NCBI GenBank assembly: GCA_977030845.1
Contig: OZ365111.1
Location: forward strand, 12,152,001 to 12,216,000
DNA: 64,000 nt
Direction: 5' to 3'
Origin: Fimbriosthenelais zetlandica
Lineage: Eukaryota
This document shows positions 47,301 through 61,400 of the stretch, one piece after another; the stretch's first letter is position 1, and every line of letters begins with the position of its first letter. The notes beneath the pieces are model-generated. The model did no database searches and was not told where the DNA came from. It worked only from the letters and a program-made list of their open reading frames with translations. The translations under genes were made by a program, and so were the position numbers.

Positions 47301-50300
47301 TAATTCAGCTTCCTGGCATTTTGTAATCAATGCCACTTATATTGATGGATTTGGTGAAATTAAGGCAATGATATAGGTCTATGGTATAGTGGTATAGGGT
47401 GGTGAGAGATATAGCCATGTTGGAGTTATGATTGATAGTGTGTGAAGTCAGTCAGTGAGGTGTTTATGATTAAGCGGCCGTGAGCTTAACCTGCCCTCCC
47501 CCACCCGCCTCCACTCCCTGCTACCCACATGTGAGGGTGTCTTAAATACTCAATCTTGACACCCAAAATTCTGCCCCCTTAAATACATTTTAAAATAAAG
47601 TGACAGTTCAGTGTTGGAAAACAACTTTTCTATGTAAATAATGCACCTGCAGGCCTTAGAGTAAAATGTCATTTTACTCTAAGTGTAGGCTAAAGAATTG
47701 TTGGCTAAAAATACTGGCTGGCCAGAACACCTTGGCATAGATTTAGAGTAAATAGAAAAATGTCGTTCAATTCATTATAATTATATATATAAATTCCTCG
47801 GAGTAGTTTATGTCAAGTACTGGTAATTGCCAAGCATTATATTTGAACAACGGTTTTAAGTTTGGAAGTTTGCCTAAATGCCTGTGTTGGACTCACCCCG
47901 CCCAGTCTGAGTATTATGTGTGTGTACCCTTGACCTGGTAATGTCCATGTCTCTGACTCTCTATGAGGGGTCAGAGACCATCATGTGGTCAGTGTCTGGT
48001 TAAGTGTTAATGGGTGAAATGTCAGAGACCAAGGTTACATGGTCAGTATATTCCTTATGACAGAAAACATGTTTCCTAAGTTAACATTTGGTTTTGGATG
48101 AAATACTTGGTTCCTAATCTTATATCTTTCACATGAACCTTGCTTAGGCCTATTTAGGGATTGACGTCGGCCTATCGAATACAGCTGTAGAAATTTGCTT
48201 CAAATTAATACATTGAGACATAACATGTATGATTGAAGCTAGGGTTTAGTATAATGAAGTGCTTTCTGAGTATTACCACATGTGAGCTAACATCTGAGGA
48301 AATAATTGATATATCTATTTGTGCCTGTGGGTTAATAAGAGAACAAATGTAAGTCATTCAGCAGTTGGTCAGAGTTGGGGGTAATCGAAACATATGTTTC
48401 CATTTACCCCTGTTGTCTGTATCATAGAGATAGACTAAAGCCCCAGATAAATGATAAACCAGCACCCAGTATAATCTTTGCTGAGTTGGGTTTAGAATAC
48501 AACACCCCAAAACAGGATGATTGTCATGGGCCCTATTGAATGAAACTGGTCATAGAGTATGGAGATGCTTGTTTTGAGTCCATCTGAGCAAATTGATCTT
48601 AGTGTTCTGAAGAGGGCACCTGAAGTGTTTCTCCCTTAGCGCTGGTCTAACTAGATGATATTCTTACCTGCAAGCCCAACCCCCACAACCCTAGGGGTGG
48701 TAAAACATCTGCTCAGAGCAGCTCTTGTGTCATAGTTTATGCTCGTGTTGAAATGGAGATGCGAACGGAGATGTGTTTTGCTACAGACTCATAGCTGTTT
48801 AATGCCCCATAAATCACACTTGCCACTATAAGTAATCAATAACACTGGGGGTATGTTCTTTTCCTGGTCCACCGCAGGTTCTGCTGCAGACAAGCATCTG
48901 CCAGTCTTGTAATGCCCCCAGATATTTCTCATTCAGAAAGAATTACTTCTATAACTTATAAGATTATCGCATTTGTGATTTGACTGAATGAATTCATTTT
49001 AAGTGACAACCAATGTTTTGCTTACTCTGGTTGGGCAGTGCACTTGAATGGAGATTCACTCCTGAACCTGAATAGAAAATGCAATATTGAAGGTCGGAGG
49101 TAAAGAGAAAGTGTACATGAACTGACTTATGTACTAGAGTCAGCCTAAGGGCAGAGGGTGCAGGACAGGTGTGGAGTGGAGGAGAGGGGGAGGAGGGGGC
49201 TTCATCGCCTGGGGTTATTGTGAACTTCAATATGTTATAACTTGGTCAGAGTCTGTTATGTCTTCAAAGGCTAGCAGTCAACAGCGCACATCCTCTTCTT
49301 CAGTTGGCTGGTTAGGTTGCTGCAATGATTGGTTGATGTCTGGTCTTTTAACACAAAGCATATGTTTGTACTTATCTGCTTTTCTCACTTACTGTCCACA
49401 TTTCCGTCAGTATATATGTTTTTCTCAACTTTCCAGTTTTACTTGGATACTTTTTCGAGTTCAACCATCTTTCTATTTTGTGTCATAAGAGATTTTTGTT
49501 TCTTTGGCCAAATTCTGAGGAAGTTTCATTCAGTGAAACCCCTCTTACTAAATAGGTTCATGCGGTGTTCGTCCATGGGATTGCCTCATCCTCAGTTTTC
49601 CCTCTAAACCAGTCTAAATGACTGACCCTCCCACCCTGAAAATTCCTGGAATAGCTCACCTGGTCAGGTGCTAAAAGCCATAGGTTAACTATATACAGGG
49701 GAATTACTTATACTTACGCATTGGTGTAGAGAATAGCTTTCTAATGAGACCACATAATCTCTCTCGCTACTACTTGCTATCTTGGCATTGTGATCTAATA
49801 TCATTTTCTGGTTTCATATCTTTTGATTCAGAACTTGTCAAATGAAAGGTCAGATCTTTTCTTCGTCTGTTTTCATTCGAGGTACAACTGGGAGTGTGTG
49901 AAGTCACCTTTGACAGGCAGTTCACTGTTAGGGAGGTCCTGTCAGAAGTTCTTTCAACACAGCTGTATCTCTCGATCTTTTTCTCTGATGTTAAACATGC
50001 CACACAACTATTTATTATTGAATAAATAATCATAGACGGAACAAATTTATGAATACATTGACATTTAAGTTAACACTTGTTGAATCAAGTACTGAAGCAT
50101 GTACTTTTATAAATATATATTTGAAGTGACATTCACAAATTTAATATCACAGGTAGCAATATTTAGAAAAAAAAAATCATCAAGCAGTCAGCATCCCAGT
50201 GCAGTTTACATCATAAAAAGTGGCCACATTCCTGAGAGATGGTGACGATATTGTACCTTTTCATGTTTATGTGGGAATGTGTAGCAGGTATGGCCGATCG

Positions 50301-53300
50301 TGACCACTTAATGCAGAGTTACAATATGTTAGCTAAACCTCCAGGTTGTGGCCCTCAGTCTGTTGCCTGGAGGGAGTCTCTGGTATGTCAACCATCCAGG
50401 GTGTAATGCATTGATATCAGAAACAAAGAGAGCAGTACAAAAACCAGTCCCCATTGTAAATTGCGGTTATGATTTTCAATGGTATACATGTATGTCGTAA
50501 ATTAATAATCATTTTATAAGTTTTATAATCCCATTCTAGATGTCTAAGGGGCCGCTATATTAATTAATTTTGTGCATTTTAAAATTTCATCTGCCAGTAG
50601 CCTCATTTTCTTAAGTATTGCTGCCCATGTAAACTTACCCAGTCCATTTCAAATGTGTTAACAACCTGTAGCATGTTTACAATCGGAGCTTTCCCCCTGA
50701 TAAACCTATTAGAGCCAGATGGTCAGCAGATTAAAATAAATCCTGCAGGAAGAGCGTGTTAATCTACATAAATACTTGAGGAAATTAGCAGACTCATATA
50801 ATCTGATCAATACACATCATGTCTGGTTCATGATTACCTGACCAAATGGCCAATATATGTTAATCTGCTTCATAGTTCATCAAGTTAGTTTTAGATGAAT
50901 TTGAACAGTAGAATATTGCGTATGAATTTATGTGCCAGAAGAAGTGGCAGCAGGTCCATAGAAATGCCCACAACAGTCCAGGAACCTGTCAACTTATGTC
51001 TAAGATGTGATATTTGAGCCTTCGTCCTATGGGAGGTATTAGAACGTTAATAAACCAAAGTGATGGAGTGCCTGCTAGGTTTACCGGCCCACATGGGACT
51101 TATTTAGGCATTTGCCACCTAGATTAGCAGCTAAACAGAAGAAAGGACTTTGAACTATGAAGGCTTTATTTCTCACTCAGTACTAGGACCCAGGCCTGGT
51201 GGAGACCAACACAGAGAGGTCCATTTCAACACGTGTTTGGCAACACCAGCAATATATTACCCCATGTAGAAATATTTCCTATCGCAATCTCAGATTGAGG
51301 CAACTGAAATCACTGCAAAATATTGGCATTTTCACCTTTTGAATTTCACTCAAATCGCTAAGAAACCCGATATTTTTTGGGGTCCATTGCAAAACCTTAC
51401 GTCTACATCCCCAGATTTTAAGGAACATATCATGAGATATTTCACTGGTTTTATTTTGTCAAAAGCATAGCTTGTCCCTTTGCTAAATCTTGTTATACAT
51501 CCTTCAACAAGAATCAAAGGGGTCCTCTATCAAGAGGAAAGCTCACTCGTGTCATTAGCATAGGGATGAAAGCAAGAACAGCTGTCAGCAAAAAGCTGGT
51601 GTTCATAAGACGTCTGGACTTTTTAATGCTTTGAGCAATTGGCATTTTTGAAGAAAAACAACCAACTGAGAAGATAAATCTCTTTAGGAGCGTATCAAAT
51701 GAGTGTACAAGCCACACCCAGTTGTCTATTAAGAGCACCATTAAGTCCGTGTAATGATCGCTCTGTCTCTCTATCCTGCCACATCTAATTAACTCAATGC
51801 TTTAGACCATTTAAACCTATTTAATGCTGGGGCATTGCCAGTTGGCTGTGGCCTCTTCCGGAGCAGGGATGTGTGGGTTTATAGCCTTGGGTCATCTGTT
51901 GGAAATGAGGGATTCCGGGAATTCCTCATGACCAAAACAAGTCCCGATTCTATGGCACTGAGAACTTACGTCGGGAGGTCGAATAAAAATTAAACCTGAT
52001 TTAGATTGAACTGGGCACAAAATAGTTCAGATTTACCCCAGCTGTTTGGTGTGTATTTTACATGGGTTTAACACTTTTATCCCTGTAAATGAACTAATAG
52101 TGAAGTATTTGGTGCAAGGTTCTCCTACTGAATACAAATATTAAAATTCATGAAAACAGTGAAGTGGCTCAAAAAAAAAGAAGATATGTAATAGGTCATG
52201 TTAGTCTTCTAATAGAAAATATTCGAAATGTTGATGCCCGGAATATATATGGATTTTAACCTGAATTCTGAGTAACGTTGTCATGTTTCCAAGTCCATTG
52301 CCATCACTCAGAACTGTATTATCAAGCGCTCAAGTCAGAAAGTCGGTAGACTATAGACTGTTGCCGTTTGTCTCTTTCAGATAACAGATGACAGTAAGAA
52401 CGTGTTTGCCATCGAGCTGCCAGAAGAACAACAAGATGAAGTGTCACGCTGTCTCTTCTCTCACCTCACTTCACTCCTACAGGAGAGGGATGGTTATGTC
52501 GAGGTTAGTCCATCTACTGCACCAGATTCTATTTATGAAAATATTCAAAATAACATTGTCAAAGTTGTACTAATTGGGCCTACTTCCGTGGTAGTATTTC
52601 AAAGAGTCTGGAAATGCGTTATGCAGACTGCTCCGTAGTAAAAATAATAGAGCCTACTTTCAAGATAGTATTCGGAAGAGACTGGAAATGCCCTGTGTAG
52701 GCTTTGGTAGATATAGATGCTTGATATGTATCAATTTCTCGTAGTTTAATAATAGCCCATGCATGTAGAAAATTGTTGAAAACCCAGGTATCTTTTAATC
52801 TCAAGTGATATCAAAACTAACGAGTATAGATAGAAGCTTCTTTCTATATTTTTTTGTCAATAACTAAAGACTTGTTTCGAAGACCCTTTAAACACATTTT
52901 GAGTTGATGATTTTTGTTTTTAGGAAATCAAAGATCTTTCTCAGACTGTGGAGGACCTATACCAGGCACAGCAGCAATCAGACGCCATGAAGGCCGCCTT
53001 AGCCAGTCCCAGTCCTAACACAACACCAGAAAAACATCACATGAGTGTGGAACTAGCTGAAACTAAAGCCAAGGTGGGTGCTTTCCTCAACCCTGTTATC
53101 ATGAAAATTATATCATTATGGCCTAGAAATGATTGTATTTATTAATTTTTTCCAAGAAATTAATTGATTTATAATTTCATTTCTAGTTGCGGAAGTTGCG
53201 TCAGGAGTATGAGGAGAAGAGTGAGGCAGTATCAGAGTTGATAGAGGAGCTGGATGAGGCGAGGACTCAGCTGAACAAACTGAGAACTGAGAACTCTGAC

Positions 53301-56300
53301 CTCGTCCATGATGCCCGCTCAGCGCGAGCCTACCGCGATGAGGTGGATATACTCAAAGAAAAGGTTAGTCCTTCTGCCAAGTTTTTACTCTTGTTTTACA
53401 TTATATTTAAGGTGAAAACCAAGTGTTAATATTATAAGAACGGGAGAATAAATTAGTATGGTTTCTATTGCAGGTATCCCGGGCAGATAAATATGAAGCT
53501 GAAATCTCTAAATATAAAGAAAAGTTGAATGAACTGGACTTCTTCAAGGCAAGAGTTGAGGTAAGTACCATGATAGATACTTGTCATTAAAACTATCTTT
53601 CTGTTAATAATTTGTATTATGGTAAGTCACGTCAATGTAATGTTTCAGCACCTATACTGGGAAATATTAATTCAATAGAAATTTAAAAAACCTTTTTCCT
53701 TTGAATTATATAATATAGATCATAGCATTAGGCTATAGAAGTATTGCTTCTTGGCCCTTATGTGCCTCATTTTCGCCAATATGAATAGTAGAAATATGTT
53801 TTTTTCATGTATTTGTTCATTTATTGATTTTCACAGGAACTGAGGGAGGATAACGGTGTATTAGTGGAGACCAAGATAATGTTAGAGGACCAGCTAGCCA
53901 GCAGTCAGAAGAGAATAGACACGGTGGTGGAGCTGGAGAGTGAGCTGCTCAAACTGAGACAGCAGGCTGACGAGCTGACCGCTGACCGGGACCACCAGCG
54001 ACACAAACTACAGCGGATCCTCGAGGATAACGCCCGCCTCGAGTTTGAGAAAAAATCTAGCTTTAACGAGAGTGCTACGCTGGAAGAGGAATTGGTGAAA
54101 ATCAGGCATCAAATGCATGAAGGTGGGTCTGTCTGTTTGACTAAAAAAAAAATTTTGTTGCCTTTTGTAGAGAGCTAAATTAAGCATTTGAGGATTGAAA
54201 AACAAATCTGAACAGTTATAATTATATCTTTTCAGGTGTTACCAATTCCCTCTCAGCCCAAATGAATGAAACGGTCAATGCGAAAATCTTGAGGTTAGAA
54301 ATGGAAAATGGTAAACTCCATAAACAGCTTGAAGAGGCAAGACAGAGCTCACTGATCGACAACGCTGGTAGGACGTTAGAACTAGAAAAAGAAAATCACA
54401 GACTATCCAAGAAAGTTGAAAAGTTACAGGAAGATGCGGGCAAAGAACATCAGAATGCCTTACACGAGGTTGTCAGCAATGCTGATCTCCAGAGACAGAC
54501 AATAGAACTCGAGCGAACGATAGAAACTGTGAGAGAAAGCAGCGAGAGACAAATCCGGGAGTTAGAGCGAGAGAAGGAACTGTTGGAAACGACAGTGGAG
54601 ACTTTACGAGAGAGAAATGAAAAGACGGTTGATTTGAGAATATCTGATATAGAAAGTGAGAACAAGAGAATGCATGAGAGAGTGAAGGAGATGACAGCTG
54701 ATGTGTCGAGGTTGGAGTATGAAAACCGCCAACTGCTGAAATCGCAAGAGAGAACCAAGGAGAAAGTGGAGCAAATCAGCAAGCTAGAGGACGAGAAAAT
54801 AGAGATAGACACAGAGAGAGAGGAACTGAGGAAGATGGTAGCCACACTCAAACTTACCTGTGATAATTACGAAGAGTTGGAGATCCAGAATTCAGACCTG
54901 GAGGTGGATAATGAAAAGCTGGTTAAAACCTGCGAGCGGCTGAAGGAGTCTGTGACTAAACTAGAATCAACGGAACAGCTAAATATCAGCCTGACTGTGG
55001 AGAACCAGGCTCTGAAGAGAAACATAGAGAATGTGAGGAACTCATCCTCTAAATTAGCTGGATTAGAGGACGAAAAGGAAGAGTATGAGCGAGAGATTCA
55101 TCATCTGAAGAAAACAGTGGAGGGTTTACGAGAGGTACAGACGAAACATGAACAGTTAGAGATGGATCTACTAGAGATGGACACCGAGAACCAGCGACTT
55201 CAGCGAGCACTGGAGGCGAAAACTCGCCACGTGGAGGAGCTAGAACAAGACAGTCTAGACCTGGAAAAACAAGTGGATTCATTAACTAAAGAGCTGGACA
55301 ATGCCCGGATTACACTCAGACGACTTGAAACCATCGAGTCGGAGCATAAGCTGCTGGAACAAGAACATGCGCAGACAGTACGAGGTAAAGCCATGCTGGA
55401 CAAGGAGAATAAACGGATCAAACAAAGCGTGGAACTGAAAGCAGCGGCTGTAGATGAACTCACAAGTCAGGTGTCGGCGCTGGAGAGGGAGAATAAAGAG
55501 TACATGAAACAGGCGGACAGGACGAAGGAGAGCATCTCACGGCTGAGAGAGTTAGAGAAGGAGAATCTACAGCTGGCACAGGACGCGGGCGTGGATAAAC
55601 GTACCTTGGCCACGCTGAGGGAGGATCTGGTCAACGAAAAGATCAAGTCACAACAGCTGTCTAATGATCTTGAGAAACTGAAGCATGATCTAGAGAAAGT
55701 GGGCATTAGCAAGGAGAGCTTGAGCTTCGTACAGAGTCCCAGTCCCTTAGCTGATGAAAGGTAAGTTTATGGCTCTATACAAATTCTAATATGTCTCTAT
55801 AAAAATTAATTTTAACTACAAAAAAAACCCAAAAAAAATTGATTTTCAAGATTCATAATATCTTGCTGTTCTCTAGATCTCATGATCGATTTTGTACTCA
55901 AAAGTATCAAACCAAGTAAGGCAGTTATGAAGCACTTGTAATATTCTGATTTATTTTTTCTTTTAGTAAATTCTTGGCCCTGGAAGAATTGATGCAAGAA
56001 GCCCTCACCAAGAAAATGGAACTCAAGGAAGAGAAAATCCAGACCCTCCAAAACAGGTAAGGACCACTACTAAAATTTATAAAAAATATAATCGGGCGAT
56101 TTGAAATGAAGTGTTCAATTATTTAGCAAACTTTGGATAACGAAATCTTTTTGAAACTTGTTTCCAGGTTGGAGGAATCGGTGGCCAGGAACCAACGTCT
56201 ACAGGAGGAATACTCAGGAGTCCGGCGTGAGCTGGCCATCCTCCAGCAGCGTCATGAGGAGGACACACTTCTCCTCTCTTCTCCAGGGTATGAGTCGCCT

Positions 56301-58429
56301 AAACAAACCCCTCCTTCTCCTGCTACTCATGCCACTCCTCATGCCAGGAGAGAGAAGTTAGTCTTGCATGCAGCCTGCTGGGCCTGCGCTTTCTGCTTAC
56401 TATCTCTGCCTAAATCCATCTGATTTATTTTGGTTATGGTGTATTTGGTTATCTATTTATTACAAATTGCATGTATACACTATTTTATTTTCATTTTATA
56501 CAGAAATGTGCCCCTTAATCCCCCCGTTATGCCCCCCTTTAGCTTGACCATAGGGATTATGAAAATTAGTCCACGGGGTCAAAAATAAGTCTTTCGGTAT
56601 GTCGCAATAATAAATCAGTTGGATCTGTGCGTATTTAACTGCATGTACTTGTATATGACTTGTATATGAGTTTTTTTATATGCTGCCGTATCTGTGTCAT
56701 TTATCAAAAAATATTTATGAAAGAAATCGCTTGTAATGATTCTAGGAAAAAAAACTGGAAAATGACTGGAATTTGTTTTGTAACAGACAAGAGGGAAGTC
56801 ACCACAAATTGGCATTCTGTATAATGATATACTACCGTCCCAGTTTACCATCATTGTATATGAAAAATATCCATAAAACAACATCAGTATTGCGTGCTTA
56901 GTGACACTTTTTGTCTTGGTGACGTCAACGATAGGGACAAAGTGTGGTGTTCAGTGACTAGGGTTAAATGGAAGCAGGTAGCAAAACATAGCATGGCATC
57001 CCCAATGCTAGCTTTTTGTTACAGACCTATTCATCATCATTTTCCCATGAGTCTATATGGTTACCTTTTTAGACTGTTAATCTCTTTTGGAATGTCTGCT
57101 CTGATATATGTTTCACATGTTAGTTTCATAATACTGATACTACTGGACATATGTGGTCTACGCTATCTTGCATCAACATCCATAGAATGTTGTGTTTTAG
57201 TGTATCGAATGTTATGAATGAATTCCTCGATCGCAGCTTAGTGTTCAGTGATAATTCCCTGCATGTTTCATCTTCCTGAATTTCAGCTCTTGCGTCTGCT
57301 AGGTGGCGGTTCATAGCTTGCGCTGCATGTTCTCATATTTTTTGTATCACATTGCTCAACTTCGTATCATTGCCGATATTTCGTATGCATCACTTGCTAA
57401 ATAAAATATGTCTCTTCCAGGCCTATTCCACCTCCAAAACCACAGATGTCTCAGAATGCCACCAAAGATATCCTTGAGTTGAAAGACCATCTCATTACTG
57501 TTGAACGAAAGAACGCCACCTTAGAAACAGAGAATAGGAGTCTGATGACCCAGCTGAACAGCCTTCAGTCGAGACTGAATCATAGTGAGTCACAAACAGC
57601 CGCCTGTCAGAAACAGCTGAATGACAACCAGCAACAGTTCCACAGTCTCCAGTCACAGTTAGCCAAACTCCAGGTGGAGAACACCACATACCAGGCCCAG
57701 ACCTCATCTCTACAGTCCCAGAACTCCACACTCCAAAGACAGCATTCACGACTCGAGTCAGAGCACGATCAGTTGATGGTCACCTGCGACGAGCTACGAT
57801 CCACTCACGAGACCCTCTCCACGGACCACGAGGCTCTTCAACACCTCCACGAGCAGCTCACATCAGAGTATGAGGCCCTCATCTCAGAACATGGCTCCCT
57901 CAAAGCCAACCATAAACACTTGAAAAGTGAGCTTAAAGATCAGCAACAGCAAAACAGTGATTTACAGAGGGAGAGGCAGACACTTGTAGAGCTGAAACAT
58001 TCCATAGAGCAGGATAAAGAAGCTCTGAAAACCGAGTCGAAGTCTCTGGGTAACCTCCAGATGGACTATGTCCATATTAAACAGGAGAATATTATGTTGA
58101 AGTCCACCAATGAGAAGGTCAGTCAAGATTATGTGGAGCTGACGTCTGATCATAAAGCGATGAAGGCCGAGTATAACCAGCTACAACTGAAGTATACCAA
58201 CCAGCAGGGACAGCTGAATGAGGCCAGGAATCAGCTGAATATGTGTGACGTGGACCTGTCTAAACTGGCCACCAAGTGTGAGGTAAGATCAAGTTTTCTT
58301 CAGAGGTATTAATATTAACTATTAGTTACGGTCGCCCTTGGACATTAGAAAAAGAACCAGGCGTAAATAAATAAATTTTCTCTCCATCTCTCTATCTCTA
58401 TCTCTCTCTCCCTCCCCCCCCCCTCCCTC

Positions 58430-58474
<45 letters not shown>

Positions 58475-61400
58475 CCTCTGTGCTGCAAGAGCACTGAAAA
58501 ATAAAGTAGATTTGGAAATGTAATGAATGTTCTTTATTGATTGTGTATTTTCTTCTCATTCTTCAGTCTCTCAGCCAGTTAAATACTAAGTTAGAGGAGG
58601 AGAACAGAACGTTAATGATGCAGCTACAAGCACTACTCACACAGAACCAAGAGATGCTGACACAAGCCATGGATAGTAAAGATCACTTCCACGAGGAGGA
58701 GCGGGCCTACATGTCAGTCTTATACTTTTAATACTTTTCTTTTGCTTTTAAATTCAATTTGATTCAATTTGTAAGCAAGATCAGACGTGTGTGCTGCCTG
58801 TTATGCGCTCTTCAATTTGATTGTTTTGGTAGTTGCATATCCTTTCCATTGGTCTTTCCTATAATTGTTTGATACATGATGTCTTTTTGTTGATTCAGGG
58901 AGAAATTGGCCGAGTTGAGAAGACAAAAAGAGAAATTAGAGGAAAAAATTATGGAACAGTTCAAACGTTACGACCCCGTTAAAAGAAAGTATGTGCTACC
59001 TTTTTATCCAACCTCTATTCTCTGCGCTCTCCTCTGGTTTCATGAATATTTTTTTTTAGATTTCCTACATATTCCTTTTCACAGATTTTACATTTACTCT
59101 TTTCTTTTCAGAAGCAGAGGCTTTGGAGCCAATCTTGTGAGGAAAGCACGTGGTCTCCTAAATAGGGTATGTATTTCTTTCAAAATGTCATATTTCTTAA
59201 ATTTATGATGATATACACACAAGAAATTGAAAGACAATTTCCCCATTTCCCCAGTGATAATCACAAAACGCGTATGTCAATTTTTTAGAACCGAAGCAAA
59301 GAACGTCATCAAACAGATGAATACTATCAAGCTGAAAGTCCTGAAAATTCATCCATGGGATCAAATGAAAGTCCTTCTGAAAGATTACGCAGTAAGTTAA
59401 TCTTTATCATAAATGACTACATGCATTTAGAAGTAATATTAACATCCATTACAGTGATGAAAGATTTGTTGTGGAAGTGATTTTCTAGTGTGTTAAATTT
59501 GCTTTTGGATCATTAAAATGGAAAATATGTCTATCTTTCATCACTGAATTACTTGATAAGTTCAGTTGAAGAAATTGGTAGTTTCCAACATAAGTTATAG
59601 TTGCATTCGCAGTTTAACGTTATGAGCATGATGTTTGCTCTAGTTGCTTGTTTTATTCACTAAATTAACATAAACAGTTTGATTACGAGATGCATTTGTT
59701 CTGATCACTGCTAAGGTTGACTATAGTGTCCATTTGAGGAATGATCTTTGTATGGTTTGAAGCCTCTGAATTGAAATTGTTAAAATTTTGACAGTGATTT
59801 GTAAATATCACGAAATGGCACAAAGTCTGTTCAGCACGGACATGGATGGTAAGTCCTTGCTATGAGAATGGGTGAAATTATCCAGGGTCATTGATTGCAT
59901 GGGTATACTATAGGTTACCCAGAAAAAAATAAAGGTAGACAATTCTACAGCTTTTAGGGATACATAATTCTTAGTTGGCTTGTAAACATAATCTTAATAA
60001 TTAGTATCAAGACTTATGAGGGGCAAATTTAAGTAATTAGCAATTCGAAGCAAGTAGGTATTAAAGATGCATGACAATAAAGATTAGTCAGACTTGGTCG
60101 TTGAGGGGTCATCGCACACCATTAAAGATGGATGACAATATGAATATTAGTCAGAATTGGTCGTTGAAAGATTATCGCCCACCATTGAGTAAAGGTGCAT
60201 GACAATAAAGGTTAGCCAGACTTGGTCGTTGAGGGGTGATCGCCCACCATTGGCAGGTAAGTGCTGGGAGGGATGTCATGGTGTGATTGGGAGATTAGGT
60301 TGGGGGGTTGTTTGATGGGTTTTGAAGCCGAGGTTTTCTGGTGTTCCTTGCTTGTCCTCTACCACCGCATGCAGCCTTTCTCGTCCGCTTTCAGACAAGA
60401 GGAGACAGCGACGTAACAGTGCAGGGGATCTACTCGAATCGCCCAAACTGGGCCGACAGAACCATTATCTAGCTCAGTCTACCACTGCTCTAAATGTGCT
60501 CCAACGTTCAAATAAACCCAGCTCAGGACTTGGTCTCAGAGGTACAATCTAAGCTCCAGCAGCCTGGGCCCTCAGGGTCCAAAACTGCTTAGTTATAAAG
60601 CACTGAAATGAAGCACATACACAAATATATAGGGATGACTTCCTGGTATATTTATAATGCACTTAAACACACGCTAAGTATGGTGTCGGTATGCAAATGA
60701 TAAAGTCGGGTATGATTTCTTTTGGGATATTATGGCATCTGTTGAAAAAAGAAATGCCATATGTATTCAGTTATCCCTTCATCATCTCATCAGCCTTTCA
60801 TGTAACAAATCGGTATTATTTACAGTGTAAAAACAAATTATGAGCCTATATTATTAACAATTTAACATTTCCCATTGAAATTATTTCTTAACATCCGACT
60901 CCCCCAGTGACATTCTAATATTTCCGAGACACTATTGTATTATAAGTTTGCATATTCATTTTGCCATCACAATTATCATTCCTGTGCTGAGGACATGGTT
61001 TTCTCCCTCACACCCCGGTACAAGCATGCTACCCCTTCAGTAGTTGATATAGCATAATTAATTGATTACTAATGTATTTTACACTTATTTCGAATTTGTT
61101 TTACTATAATATGATAATGATTTTTGAACAAATATTTTAATGTATCAGATACGTTTAGTATCCTATCTATGCTTATCGCATTTTTCTGCAATATTTTTTT
61201 GAAATTTTAGTATTAATACTATTATAGACTGCCAATCATGTTTGATAATATAGCAATTGTGACCACCTTAATTTAGTGGTTAATTACTGTACGTATTCTG
61301 TTTAATCCACGCATCCATGTATCTATTAAGATACCCTATCCTCTGCTTCTTTACCATCATATTAACCTCTCTGACAGGAGCCAAATCCTCTGAGAATCTT

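Noticed and set aside
54450-55712. Minus-strand Ser/Leu-rich ORFs (54450-54851, 55049-55282, 55200-55463, 55467-55712)
   Set aside because: These are antisense shadows of the Glu/Lys/Arg-rich coiled-coil exon 11.
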